DNA from: a virus
IMG/VR virus record: IMGVR_UViG_3300025528_000003
DNA: 42,559 bases
Reading direction: 5' to 3' (one strand)
Position 1 is the first letter of the stretch, and every line of letters begins with the position of its first letter. The notes beneath the pieces were generated by a model. It did no database searches. It saw only the letters and a program-made list of their open reading frames with translations, and had not been told where the DNA came from. Positions 15,150-23,738 of the stretch are shown piece after piece. Position numbers and translations under genes: made by a program.

Positions 15150-15230
15150 CCATTTCACAGTTAGCCCGGCACTACGCAACAGCCGAAGAAAGCATCTTGT
15201 CATTCAGGCGTAGGTGTGCGGGCTACCCGA

Positions 15231-15254
15231 GTTCACTGCCAAGCGGCAGTGAAC
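15231..15254. repeat. Perfect 10-bp-stem hairpin GTTCACTGCC-AAGC-GGCAGTGAAC resembling a type I-F CRISPR repeat (single copy)
   Basis: Read directly. The minus strand reads GTTCACTGCCGCTTGGCAG, versus the I-F consensus GTTCACTGCCGTATAGGCAG. Confidence 0.8.
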
Positions 15255-15363
15255 CAATCGAGGCTTCGGACGCTGAGCCAGCATAGCAAATCAGCGTCCA
15301 TTCCAGTCACGAGCCGCCCGCCGCGTTAGAGTTACCGGAAGCTTGCCAGCAGGACGGCGCCCC

Positions 15364-15549
15364 TTATTCAGGCCAGGGACGGATACCACGGGCAAGCGCG
15401 GCGCATGCTAGGGCGACATAGCGCGGTATCTTCGCGCCGTCCCGGGAATAGCGCGCGTCCATGTTCTTCGAGAGGCCTAGCCTCCGGCACGCTTCCGCCC
15501 CCGAGAGACCGAGGGCGGATTTCCATTGGCGATAGTCGGCGGGAGTCAT
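15364..15549 (-). CDS. Small HTH protein (61 aa), Aca-like/antitoxin-like
   Basis: ADYRQWKSALGLSGAEACRRLGLSKNMDARYSRDGAKIP is an XRE/Aca2-like N-terminal pattern. ATGA-coupled to the upstream gene. Confidence 0.65.
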   Translation of the reverse strand: MTPADYRQWKSALGLSGAEACRRLGLSKNMDARYSRDGAKIPRYVALACAALARGIRPWPE

Positions 15550-15746
15550 GCGCGAACCGCGTGGTTCTCGATGACGCTGGCGATGTTCTCGACCGTGGTC
15601 GGGAAGAAGTCGCCGTCCTCGACGTTGCGGAGTTCGTAGCCGTCCGGCAGGCAACCCTCGACGGAACCAACATCCCACTGACGGTCGGTATCGACATAGG
15701 TCTCGATGAACTTGCGGGCGGCGGCGGTGGCTTCGGTGCGGTTCAT
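15546..15746 (-). CDS. Small acidic protein (66 aa), unknown function
   Basis: AAGGGAGAA RBS. 13 Asp/Glu versus 6 Arg/Lys. Confidence 0.6.
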   Translation of the reverse strand: MNRTEATAAARKFIETYVDTDRQWDVGSVEGCLPDGYELRNVEDGDFFPTTVENIASVIENHAVRA

Positions 15747-15772
15747 TTCAGTTCTCCCTTGCTTGATAGCGC

Positions 15773-16033
15773 TTATGCCGCACCCCGTCCTGCCGCCGCA
15801 GAGCAATATACCGCGTCCAGAGCGTTGGCCGCCTCGCGGTTCGCGTACTCAACGACATCGGCGAAGGTGAGGTTGTTCTGGGGATCGCGCCCATAATCAC
15901 GGTGGACGTACCAGCCGCCACCGCTGCGCTGGCGACCGAAGTTCAGGGTGATCTCCGCGTTGGGGTGAGCCTTGTTGAAGGCTGCGATCTGGGCGTCGAG
16001 CTGCTTTGCGGTGCGAGCGGTGAAGTAGGTCAT
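15773..16033 (-). CDS. Small protein (86 aa), unknown function
   Basis: AAGGGAGAA RBS. First gene after the leftward promoter. Confidence 0.6.
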   Translation of the reverse strand: MTYFTARTAKQLDAQIAAFNKAHPNAEITLNFGRQRSGGGWYVHRDYGRDPQNNLTFADVVEYANREAANALDAVYCSAAAGRGAA

Positions 16034-16060
16034 TTCGTTTCTCCCTTGCTTGATGATGCA

Positions 16061-16089
16061 AACTTATCATCCCATAAATGGGAATGCAA
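16061..16089 (-). promoter_or_regulatory. Leftward promoter TTGCAT-N17-TAAGTT with a 6-2-6 inverted repeat TCCCAT-AA-ATGGGA (16070-83) in the spacer and an A8 tract upstream
   Basis: Read directly on the minus strand. Confidence 0.55.
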
Positions 16090-16213
16090 GAGGGGTTCTG
16101 TCTTTTTTTTGAGAAAATTTCGGGCTAAGAGGGGTGGGGGATGATCAAGGCGGCAAAAGGAAAATCGCTCGACGCGCCACGTCCGCGCCCGTCCTGACCT
16201 ATTCGGAGCATCC

Positions 16214-16411
16214 ATGACCCGAGAGTATTTCATCAAGCGCCGGTCTGCCGACATCGACCGCGATCCTGATGGTGAACACTACTTGGCTCGTACGGTCTAC
16301 GAAGAGTACGAGCTAATCGATACGGGCGTGGTTGATCACAACGGCGACAAGATCATGGCTCGGCGCAAGATGGAGCCGATTGGTTTCGTGCGCTTCAAGG
16401 ATCGTTCATGA
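16214..16411 (+). CDS. Hypothetical protein (65 aa)
   Basis: ORF coupled to the next gene. Confidence 0.55.
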   Translation: MTREYFIKRRSADIDRDPDGEHYLARTVYEEYELIDTGVVDHNGDKIMARRKMEPIGFVRFKDRS

Positions 16412-16614
16412 CCGACCCGCGCCGCATAGACGAGATCAAAACGCACCCCATCCATATTTGGGAAACTCCTTGCTCCTGTCATTGCTCCAAGGAGCAAGCG
16501 GCATTCTGTCCCGTCATAAGGGCATGCCGCTACCCGGAGCATCCTAACCACGAGAGGGCAAAGGCCATCATGGCTCAAGCGATGAGCTTCCCTCATGCGT
16601 CGCAACGCGCATAG
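16408..16614 (+). CDS. Hypothetical Cys/His-rich protein (68 aa)
   Basis: Coupled ORF with CSCHC...C...C. Confidence 0.5.
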   Translation: MTDPRRIDEIKTHPIHIWETPCSCHCSKEQAAFCPVIRACRYPEHPNHERAKAIMAQAMSFPHASQRA

Positions 16615-16619
16615 ACGAG

Positions 16620-16760
16620 ATGGCAGAAGCGCGATTTTATGTCTATGAGCTCATAGACCCAAGAGACGGGAAGGCTTTCTACATCGGCAAGGGCCAGGGG
16701 CGGCGCATCTATGGACATGAAGCCGAGGCGGCTCAATATCCCGATCATCCTCATCACTAA
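16620..16760 (+). pseudogene. Truncated GIY-YIG endonuclease remnant (46 codons)
   Basis: Own translation: MAEARFYVYELIDPRDGKAFYIGKGQGRRIYGHEAEAAQYPDHPHH. This is the GIY...YIG N-terminal motif only. Below the ORF-track cutoff. Confidence 0.6.
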
Positions 16761-16789
16761 AGGCAAATCAAACCGATAGGTGAATTTAA

Positions 16790-17053
16790 ATGGCTGGCCG
16801 TCCACCTAAAGAGCGGTCCTTTGCCAACATGCTTAACATCGCCATCCGTGAAGCAAGCGAAAAGGGTGGCACAAAGCTGCGCGAAGTGGCCGATGCTCTG
16901 ATTCAGAAAGCTGTTGCTGGCGATGTTCAGGCAATCAAGGAAATTGCTGATCGTCTCGATGGAAAGGTCCCGCAGCAGCTTAATCACGCCGACAATGAGG
17001 GGGAGGGACCCGTCAAGATGATCGTGACTGGTGTCCCTCGCGAAGGCGATTGA
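16790..17053 (+). CDS. Putative terminase small subunit (positional)
   Basis: 87-aa ORF (MAGRPPKE...) whose stop overlaps the terminase large subunit start (TTGA). Confidence 0.45.
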   Translation: MAGRPPKERSFANMLNIAIREASEKGGTKLREVADALIQKAVAGDVQAIKEIADRLDGKVPQQLNHADNEGEGPVKMIVTGVPREGD

Positions 17054-18354
17054 CTGTCATTGATCTAGGTTACCGCGCTCGGGAACAGTTCGTTCCATTT
17101 CACAGGCGGAAAGAGCGCTGGGCCTGCATTGTCGCTCACCGTCGCGCTGGTAAGACGGTTGCCTGCGTGATGGATTTGATTGATGCGGCTCTCCGCTGTG
17201 ATAAGACAAATCCTCGCTTTGCGTACATTGCGCCTTTTTACACGCAAGCGAAGGACATCGCATGGAGCTACGTCAAAGAGTATGGAGCACGCATTCCTGG
17301 AGCGCAGGTCAACGAGAGTGAGCTTCGCCTTGACTTGCCCAATGGCGGCAGAGTGAGGCTCTACGGCGCTGAGAATTACGACAGGCTGCGCGGTCTCTAT
17401 TTCGATGGCGTCGTGCTTGATGAGTACGCCGACATGGATCCGCGTGTTTGGCCGCAAGTTGTTCGTCCTGCGCTCTCTGATCGTCAAGGCTGGGCGACAT
17501 TCATTGGGACGCCAAAGGGCCGGAATGATTTTTATCGCATCTGGGCTGGCGATCCTGAGACCGCATGGCCTGGCGCGATTCATTCGGATGATTGGTTCGC
17601 CCTCATGCTCAAGGCATCCGAGACCGGCCTTGTCCCAGAGCAAGAGCTTGCCGACGCACGTTCGATGCTCTCCGAAGATGAGTACGAGCAGGAATACGAG
17701 TGTTCTTTCGAGGCAGCCATCAAGGGCGCATTTTTTGCTGAGCAGCTAAAGCGTGCCCGTGAGGAGGGCCGAATTGGCCGAGTGCCGATTGAGCGAGGCT
17801 TGCCTGTCTGGACGGCTTGGGATCTTGGTGTCTCTGATAGCACCGCAATCTGGTTCGGGCAGACGGCGGGACAGGAAGAGCGGATTATCGACTATTACGA
17901 GGCATCAGGTGTGGGCCTCGACCATTATGCGACAGTGCTGCGGGAAAAGGGCTATCTCTACGGGCAGCATTTTTTCCCGCATGACGTGGCCGTGAAATCG
18001 CTCTCGACAGGCGTTTCGCGAGTAGAGACGCTGCGAGGCTTGGGCATTGCTGCGACTATTGTCCCGCGCCATAGCGTGATGGACGGCATCAATGCGGCCC
18101 AGCGGTACATCGACCGGTGCTGGTTCGATGAAGAGCGCTGCAGGCGTGGCCTTGAGGCTCTGACACAGTATCGGCGCGAGTATGACGAAAAGCTGAAGAC
18201 GTTCAAGAAGTCTCCGCTTCACGACTGGACGTCACACGGCGCTGATGCATTTCGCATGAGGGCGGCAATGGCTGACGTCAATAGGCCGCGTCCTGCTTCT
18301 CGTGGCCGATACAGGGGCGCGACGACGAGTTCATCAAGCTGGCTTGCTGCATGA
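17050..18354 (+). CDS. terL: Terminase large subunit
   Basis: Walker A-like AHRRAGKT, Walker B-like VVLDEYAD and a C-terminal nuclease-like region. Followed by the portal gene. Confidence 0.9.
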   Translation: MTVIDLGYRAREQFVPFHRRKERWACIVAHRRAGKTVACVMDLIDAALRCDKTNPRFAYIAPFYTQAKDIAWSYVKEYGARIPGAQVNESELRLDLPNGGRVRLYGAENYDRLRGLYFDGVVLDEYADMDPRVWPQVVRPALSDRQGWATFIGTPKGRNDFYRIWAGDPETAWPGAIHSDDWFALMLKASETGLVPEQELADARSMLSEDEYEQEYECSFEAAIKGAFFAEQLKRAREEGRIGRVPIERGLPVWTAWDLGVSDSTAIWFGQTAGQEERIIDYYEASGVGLDHYATVLREKGYLYGQHFFPHDVAVKSLSTGVSRVETLRGLGIAATIVPRHSVMDGINAAQRYIDRCWFDEERCRRGLEALTQYRREYDEKLKTFKKSPLHDWTSHGADAFRMRAAMADVNRPRPASRGRYRGATTSSSSWLAA

Positions 18355-18364
18355 GGTAGATTGA

Positions 18365-20461
18365 ATGGCCGACGACTACACAGACGGGCCGGGGCCGGAT
18401 GGCGGTGCTGTGCCTGAAGCTGGCCTTGATGACCTGACGCGCAAGCTCATCGGCTGGATCAAGGAGGACATGCCGCACGTCTCCAAGTGGAGAAAGGAGG
18501 CGCGGGAGGATTTTGACTTCTACGCGGGCAATCAGTGGTCCGAGCAAGACCTGAACGAGCTTCGCGCAAAGCAGCGTCCTGCCCTGACTTTCAACAGGAT
18601 TGCGCCGCTGGTCAATGCCATCACCGGATCGGAGATCAACAACAGGCGCGAGATTCGCTTTATTCCGCGCGAGCAGGGCGATGCTCTTGCCAATGAGGTG
18701 CTGAGCCAGGCTGCTGAATGGTTTCGCGATGAGTGCGGCGCTGAAGACGAAGAGTCCGACGCGTTTCAGGATGCTGTCATCACGGGCATGGGCTGGACGG
18801 ATACCCGGCTTGACTTTGATGACAATCCGGATGGCGAGCCGAAGATTGAGCGCATCGACTGCCTCGAAATGGGCTGGGATTGCTACGCTCACAAGCCTAA
18901 CCTTTCGGATGCCCGCCGTCTCTGGCGTGTGCGCAAGATTTCGTATGATGACGCCATGGCGCTCACGGGCGTCAAGGACAAGAGCCTGTTGCACGCTGGC
19001 TGGCTCAAGAGCCTGAGTGATGAGCTTGACCCGCACGATCAGGATGCCGCTGACCATTATGAGGGCGGGCAGAATGAATTTGCCGACGAATACGGCACCA
19101 AGACCAAGGATTGCCTGCTAGTCGAGATCAGGTGGATCGAGCGTCAGCCATATTGGCGCGGGCCGGACATCGAGAACTCGGACCAGGTGCGGGAATATGC
19201 GGAAGAGCAGATCAGGCTTATCCGCAAGGATTTCCCGGATTTCCCGGCTGTACGCCAGACGCGCAAGGTTGTCCGCCGTGCATTCATTGGGCGTGAGGTA
19301 TTAGGCGAGCCGGACAATCCGCTTGTGCCGCCCGGAACCGGCCTTTTCGGCTGGGAATGCATCACTGGCTATTACGACAAGAATCAGCGTCAGTTCTATG
19401 GCGTTGTGAGGGCTGCCAAAGACCCGCAGCGCTGGTCGAATAAATTCTTCTCGCAGGTGATGTTCTTGCTCAATAGCCAGAGCAAGGGCGGGATCATTGC
19501 CGAGCGTGGCGCATTCGAGGATGACCGGCAGGCTGAAGCAAGCTGGGCCAAGTCTGACGAGATCACATGGGCCAACATGGGCGCTCTGTCGGGCGACAAG
19601 CCGAAGATCATCCCCAAGTCACCGGCCCAGTTCCCCGCTGGTTTTTTTACGTTGTTCCAGGAGTCGAAAGAGGCCATCAATGATGTGACTGGCCTCTCGA
19701 TGGAGTTCCTCGGGACTCGTGAGGTCGATCAAGCTGGCGTTCTTGAGTACCAGCGCCGTCAGTCAAGCCTTAATCTTCTGGCGAGCCTGTTCAACTCGCT
19801 CCGCCGTTATCGCAAGAGGCAGGGTAGGGTGATGCTCTACCTCATTCAGGAGCATCTTGCGGATGGCCGTCTTGTGCGCATTGTTGGCGATGACATGCGC
19901 CAGTATGTGCCGCTGACCAGGGCTGATGTCGCGAACCGTGAGTACGACATCATCGTGGATGACAGCCCGTCCAGCCCGAATGAGAAGGACAGGACGTGGC
20001 AGATTCTCATGCAGATGCTGCCGATGGTCAAGGACATGATCACGCCGGACATCGCGCTTGAGCTTCTGTCAATGTCGCCGCTCCCGGCTTCGCTGGTGGA
20101 GAAGATCAGGCAGAAGGCCATGGAAGCGCAGCAGCAGCCGCAGCCGCCGTCTCCCGAGGAGATGAAGGCTCAGCTTGAGATGCAGAAGGGCCAGATGGAG
20201 CTTGAGGGCAAGCAGCTTGAGCTACAGGCCAAGCAGGCCGAGACGGCGCTCAATCTACAGGCAAAGCAGGCTGACGCTCAGATTGGCGCTGAGATGAAGG
20301 GCCTCGACCTGATGATTGAGCAGGAGAAGGCCAGGATGCAACTCGCCGTCGAGGAGCAGAAGCTACAGAACGAGATGCAAGGGCTTGCAATCCGGTCTGA
20401 GCAGAACCGCATTGCCCGTCAGCGGGCCAATTCTCAACGTACCTCATCAGCAAAGAGCTAA
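18365..20461 (+). CDS. Portal protein
   Basis: 698 aa, directly after terL, with a Gln/Glu-rich coiled C-terminus. Confidence 0.85.
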   Translation: MADDYTDGPGPDGGAVPEAGLDDLTRKLIGWIKEDMPHVSKWRKEAREDFDFYAGNQWSEQDLNELRAKQRPALTFNRIAPLVNAITGSEINNRREIRFIPREQGDALANEVLSQAAEWFRDECGAEDEESDAFQDAVITGMGWTDTRLDFDDNPDGEPKIERIDCLEMGWDCYAHKPNLSDARRLWRVRKISYDDAMALTGVKDKSLLHAGWLKSLSDELDPHDQDAADHYEGGQNEFADEYGTKTKDCLLVEIRWIERQPYWRGPDIENSDQVREYAEEQIRLIRKDFPDFPAVRQTRKVVRRAFIGREVLGEPDNPLVPPGTGLFGWECITGYYDKNQRQFYGVVRAAKDPQRWSNKFFSQVMFLLNSQSKGGIIAERGAFEDDRQAEASWAKSDEITWANMGALSGDKPKIIPKSPAQFPAGFFTLFQESKEAINDVTGLSMEFLGTREVDQAGVLEYQRRQSSLNLLASLFNSLRRYRKRQGRVMLYLIQEHLADGRLVRIVGDDMRQYVPLTRADVANREYDIIVDDSPSSPNEKDRTWQILMQMLPMVKDMITPDIALELLSMSPLPASLVEKIRQKAMEAQQQPQPPSPEEMKAQLEMQKGQMELEGKQLELQAKQAETALNLQAKQADAQIGAEMKGLDLMIEQEKARMQLAVEEQKLQNEMQGLAIRSEQNRIARQRANSQRTSSAKS

Positions 20462-20464
20462 GCC

Positions 20465-20698
20465 ATGGCGGAACCTAAATACATCTCGACACAGGACGGG
20501 TATGCGCTCCTCGTAACGCAGGGCAGCGGCGGCGCGGTCTCTAACGCAACGATTGGCGCTGTTGACGACGCCGCTTACACCGACGCCACGGGAGATGCTG
20601 ACGGCACGGTGATTACGCTGCTGAAGGGCCTTTACGTCCAGAATGCGGCGATTATCACGCTTCTGACGGCCATCGAGGCAAACACGAGCGGCGCGTAA
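20465..20698 (+). CDS. Hypothetical small virion-module protein (77 aa)
   Basis: ORF immediately after the portal gene. Confidence 0.55.
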   Translation: MAEPKYISTQDGYALLVTQGSGGAVSNATIGAVDDAAYTDATGDADGTVITLLKGLYVQNAAIITLLTAIEANTSGA

Positions 20699-20736
20699 TG
20701 GCGGCACAAGATTTCTGGGCATAGCCCCACCCAAAT

Positions 20737-20784
20737 AGCTAGGATAAGCCTAGCTTTCGGGCACCGCAGCCGATCCTGCGGTTT
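20737..20784 (+). terminator. Two consecutive hairpins (AGCTAGG/CCTAGCT; CCGCAG/CTGCGG+TTT), a likely partial terminator
   Basis: Read directly in the 20699-20821 gap. Confidence 0.4.
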
Positions 20785-20821
20785 CGTACGGGCCACGAGA
20801 CGGCCAGAACCAAGGTGGAAA

Positions 20822-21013
20822 ATGACTTGGAGTGAAATCAGGTCTGCCGCAATTGCGGCGGGTGCGCTGGATGCTGCAATCTCACAGCTTGCAGATGACA
20901 TCCATACGGTCAGCGTCAAGCTTCCGAGCGGTCGCGAACGTGCGCTTAGCGTCAGAGGAATCCCGACTGTCGCTGAGGTACGTGCGTGGGTGAAAGAGGA
21001 GGCTGCACGATGA
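20822..21013 (+). CDS. Hypothetical protein (63 aa)
   Basis: ORF ATGA-coupled to the scaffold gene. Confidence 0.5.
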   Translation: MTWSEIRSAAIAAGALDAAISQLADDIHTVSVKLPSGRERALSVRGIPTVAEVRAWVKEEAAR

Positions 21014-22002
21014 CCGATCCTGTCTACGAGACCTCCAGCGAAGGTGCAGGCACGCCGACCGAACCTGATGCTCTTTCCCCAGAGGAACGGGCATTTTTCG
21101 AGAATGAGGGCAATGTAGATCTGACAGAGGGCGCTACAGAGCCCGAACAGGCTGATGAGGGTGCCAAAAACGAGGCCGGAGAGCCTCAGGAAGAGGGTGA
21201 CGGCAAATCTAAGCTTGTCCCTCATGGCGCACTTCACGCTGAGCGCGAAAAGCGCAAGCAGACAGAGGCAGAAAACCGCGAATTGCGCGAGAAACTGGCC
21301 CGCCTCGAAGAAAGGTGGACCATGCTGTCTCAGATGCAGGCGCAAAAGCAGGTTCCGGAAGAGCAGGAAGAGACTCCACCGGACCCGAACGAGGATATTT
21401 TCGCCTTCACACAGTGGCAGGCGAAGCAGTTGCAGAAGCTGCAAGAGAAGCTGACCGCCCGCGAACAGCAGGAGTTGGCTTATATTCAGCAGAAGCAACA
21501 GGAAGCAGAGGTCTGGGGCCGTTGGGAGACCGACGCACGCCGGTATGCCCAGGAAAACCCGGATTTCCCCAATGCCGCAAAGTGGCTTTCCGAGACCCGC
21601 GACAAGCAGCTTCAGGCGTTTGCCCGTGTGGACAAGCGTTTTGAAGACCCGCGTGTCAGGAACGCCCAGATTGAGGAGGAACTGAAGCAGATTGTGATGC
21701 ATGCGGCGTCACAGGGCGCTTCAGCCGCCGAAGCGGTGTACGCAATCGCCCAGAGCTATGGCTACACGCCACAGTCTCAGGGCCAGCAGCAACAGCCGCC
21801 CGTCAACAACGAGCTTGCCGACCGTCTGAAGAAGATCGAACAGGCTCAGGGCGCTTCAAAGACCATCGGGCAGGCTCCTGGCACCTCTGGCGGCGACGAA
21901 ATCACCGCAGAGGCGCTAGCGGCCATGCCTGAAGAAGAGTTCAGCAGATGGGTGAGCGATCCGAAGAACGCCCGCCTTTTTGAGAAGCTTATGGGGGGCT
22001 AA
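21010..22002 (+). CDS. Scaffolding protein
   Basis: 330 aa, highly acidic, Gln/Glu-rich coiled-coil. Lies between the portal and capsid genes. Confidence 0.75.
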   Translation: MTDPVYETSSEGAGTPTEPDALSPEERAFFENEGNVDLTEGATEPEQADEGAKNEAGEPQEEGDGKSKLVPHGALHAEREKRKQTEAENRELREKLARLEERWTMLSQMQAQKQVPEEQEETPPDPNEDIFAFTQWQAKQLQKLQEKLTAREQQELAYIQQKQQEAEVWGRWETDARRYAQENPDFPNAAKWLSETRDKQLQAFARVDKRFEDPRVRNAQIEEELKQIVMHAASQGASAAEAVYAIAQSYGYTPQSQGQQQQPPVNNELADRLKKIEQAQGASKTIGQAPGTSGGDEITAEALAAMPEEEFSRWVSDPKNARLFEKLMGG

Positions 22003-22165
22003 GGCCCCTCATTTTCTTAGGCCCTAGCCATGGCTTGAAACTGGCTTCCGGCGGCCATCCCGTCAGCATGGCACGGACAGCGGCCCGACAAGCCCGCTTT
22101 CGCCCGCGAGCGGCGTAACAGCACGCACCAAACCCGCAAAAATTCCCAAAAATTTGGAGACCATA

Positions 22166-23260
22166 ATGGCTACCACAACCTATGGCGTTAATGACGCCTT
22201 GGCGGTCAAGCTTTGGTCGAAGAAGCTCGCGGAAGAGGTGTCGAAGGCCACTCCTATCGCACCGCTCATGGGCACTTCGTCCAATAGCATCATCCAGCTT
22301 AAGACCGAGACCAACAAGGGCAAGGGTGACAAGGTTACGTTCGGCCTGCGTCGTCAGCTTGTTGGCGATGGTGTTTCGGAATCCCAGATTCTGGAAGGTA
22401 ATGAGGAAGCCCTCACGACCTATTCGGATTCCATCGTCATCAACGAATTGGCCTACGCCGTTCGCGTGAAGAACGAGGGCACCATCGACGCGCAGCGCGT
22501 TCCGTTCTCCCTCCGTCAGGAGGCCAAGGACGGGCTTGTTGACTGGTACGCCGACCGCCTGAGCATGATGTTCTTCATCCAGGCTTGCGGCTACACTGCC
22601 CCGGACATGACGTTCGAGGGCCGTGCCGTCACGCTGAAGCCCGTGCATTGGGGGTTCAACGCGCCGATTGCGCCTTCGGTGGGCCGCATCATCCGTGCTG
22701 GCGGGCGGGCGAACGACCAGTCGCTGACCTCTTCGGATGTCTTCACCCTCGATCTGATCGACAAGGCTGTCGAGACGGCGAAGGTGGCGAATCCGAAGAT
22801 CCGTCCGGTTCGCGTCGATGGCGGCAACCACTATGTGATGTACCTGCATCCGTACCAGGTTACCGACCTTCGCACGAACACGTCCACGGGCCAGTGGCTG
22901 GACATCCAGAAGGCGGCTGAGCGTCGTGGCTCGTCCAACCCGATTTTCTCGGGTGCTCTGGGCGTGTACAACGGCGTCATTCTCCGCGAGGCGGAGCATG
23001 TCACTCCCGGCGTCAATAGCTCGACGGGGGCGCAGGTCAGCACGGTTCGCCGCGCTGTTCTCCTTGGCGCTCAGTCCTGCGTTGCCGCCTTCGGCATGAA
23101 CAAGTCCCCGACGCGCTACAAGATCGTTGAGGAGCTGTTCGATTATCAGCGCGAGCTTGGCGTTTCGGTTCAGACGATCCTCGGCATGAAGAAAACCGTG
23201 TTCGACAGCACGGACTTCGGTACCGTGGTGGTCTCGACCTACGCTTTGGCTCACAGCTAA
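22166..23260 (+). CDS. Major capsid protein (resembles the N4-gp56/DUF4043 type by recall)
   Basis: GGAGA lies 5 nt before ATG 22166. 364 aa, directly after the scaffold gene and followed by a strong terminator two genes later. Confidence 0.85.
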   Translation: MATTTYGVNDALAVKLWSKKLAEEVSKATPIAPLMGTSSNSIIQLKTETNKGKGDKVTFGLRRQLVGDGVSESQILEGNEEALTTYSDSIVINELAYAVRVKNEGTIDAQRVPFSLRQEAKDGLVDWYADRLSMMFFIQACGYTAPDMTFEGRAVTLKPVHWGFNAPIAPSVGRIIRAGGRANDQSLTSSDVFTLDLIDKAVETAKVANPKIRPVRVDGGNHYVMYLHPYQVTDLRTNTSTGQWLDIQKAAERRGSSNPIFSGALGVYNGVILREAEHVTPGVNSSTGAQVSTVRRAVLLGAQSCVAAFGMNKSPTRYKIVEELFDYQRELGVSVQTILGMKKTVFDSTDFGTVVVSTYALAHS

Positions 23261-23276
23261 GAAAGGAGGCTAGGAT

Positions 23277-23687
23277 ATGGCTACCAATGATGCCAACCAG
23301 CCCGCTCTGGGCCGTCAGTATGCCCTACAGGTCGTGCACACGCTGCGCGTCAACATCGACCACACGATGAACGGCGGCATTGTGGGCATTCTCCCCAAGG
23401 GTGCGTTCATCATCGACGGGGCCGTCCACGTCATCGAAGGCTTCAACGACACCACGGCTGACGACATCAACGTTGGTGAGGGCACGATTGGCGACGACGA
23501 GTTCGTCTCCGCAGCCGATGCCAACTCGGCGGCAACGGTGCTGTTCTCGTCGGAAGACCTGGACGCCACCAACCGCTACAGCGCCGACGAGCGTGTCGTG
23601 ACGTGGGGCTACAATGATGCGGCCACGGGCGATGGAACGGCGGGGCGGGCCGTCATCACCGTGTGGTACGTGGTGGACAACGGCTAA
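23277..23687 (+). CDS. Head-associated structural protein (possible decoration protein)
   Basis: 136-aa ORF with AGGAGG upstream, directly after the capsid gene. Confidence 0.55.
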   Translation: MATNDANQPALGRQYALQVVHTLRVNIDHTMNGGIVGILPKGAFIIDGAVHVIEGFNDTTADDINVGEGTIGDDEFVSAADANSAATVLFSSEDLDATNRYSADERVVTWGYNDAATGDGTAGRAVITVWYVVDNG

Positions 23688-23694
23688 GGCCATG

Positions 23695-23722
23695 GGGGCG
23701 GGCTTCGGTCCCGCCCCTCTTT
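23695..23722 (+). terminator. Strong intrinsic terminator (8-bp GC stem GGGGCGGG/CCCGCCCC + TCTTT)
   Basis: Read directly. Confidence 0.65.
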
Positions 23723-23738
23723 ACCAGGAGCGGAACAC

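Noticed and set aside
15231-15254. A CRISPR array.
   Set aside because: There is only one repeat-like unit and no spacers or additional repeats anywhere in the window. It is reported only as a solitary repeat-like hairpin.
15083-15286. 67-aa plus-strand ORF after the late-promoter-like element.
   Set aside because: It spans two hairpins, an intrinsic terminator and the 10-bp palindrome, and has no RBS. It is better explained as non-coding RNA or UTR.
20632-21702. 356-aa minus-strand ORF (Leu/Cys/Phe-rich) opposite the scaffold gene.
   Set aside because: It is an antisense shadow of a GC-rich, well-supported plus-strand gene. Its composition is low-complexity, it has no RBS, and it breaks the operon logic.
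21989-23254. 421-aa minus-strand ORF opposite the major capsid gene. Similar cases are 24894..26381(-), 18278..19057(-), 33649..34188(-), 37478..38140(-) and 38234..38869(-).
   Set aside because: All lie antisense to genes with clear motifs or positions. Their Arg/Ala/Gly-rich composition is typical of antisense frames in high-GC DNA.
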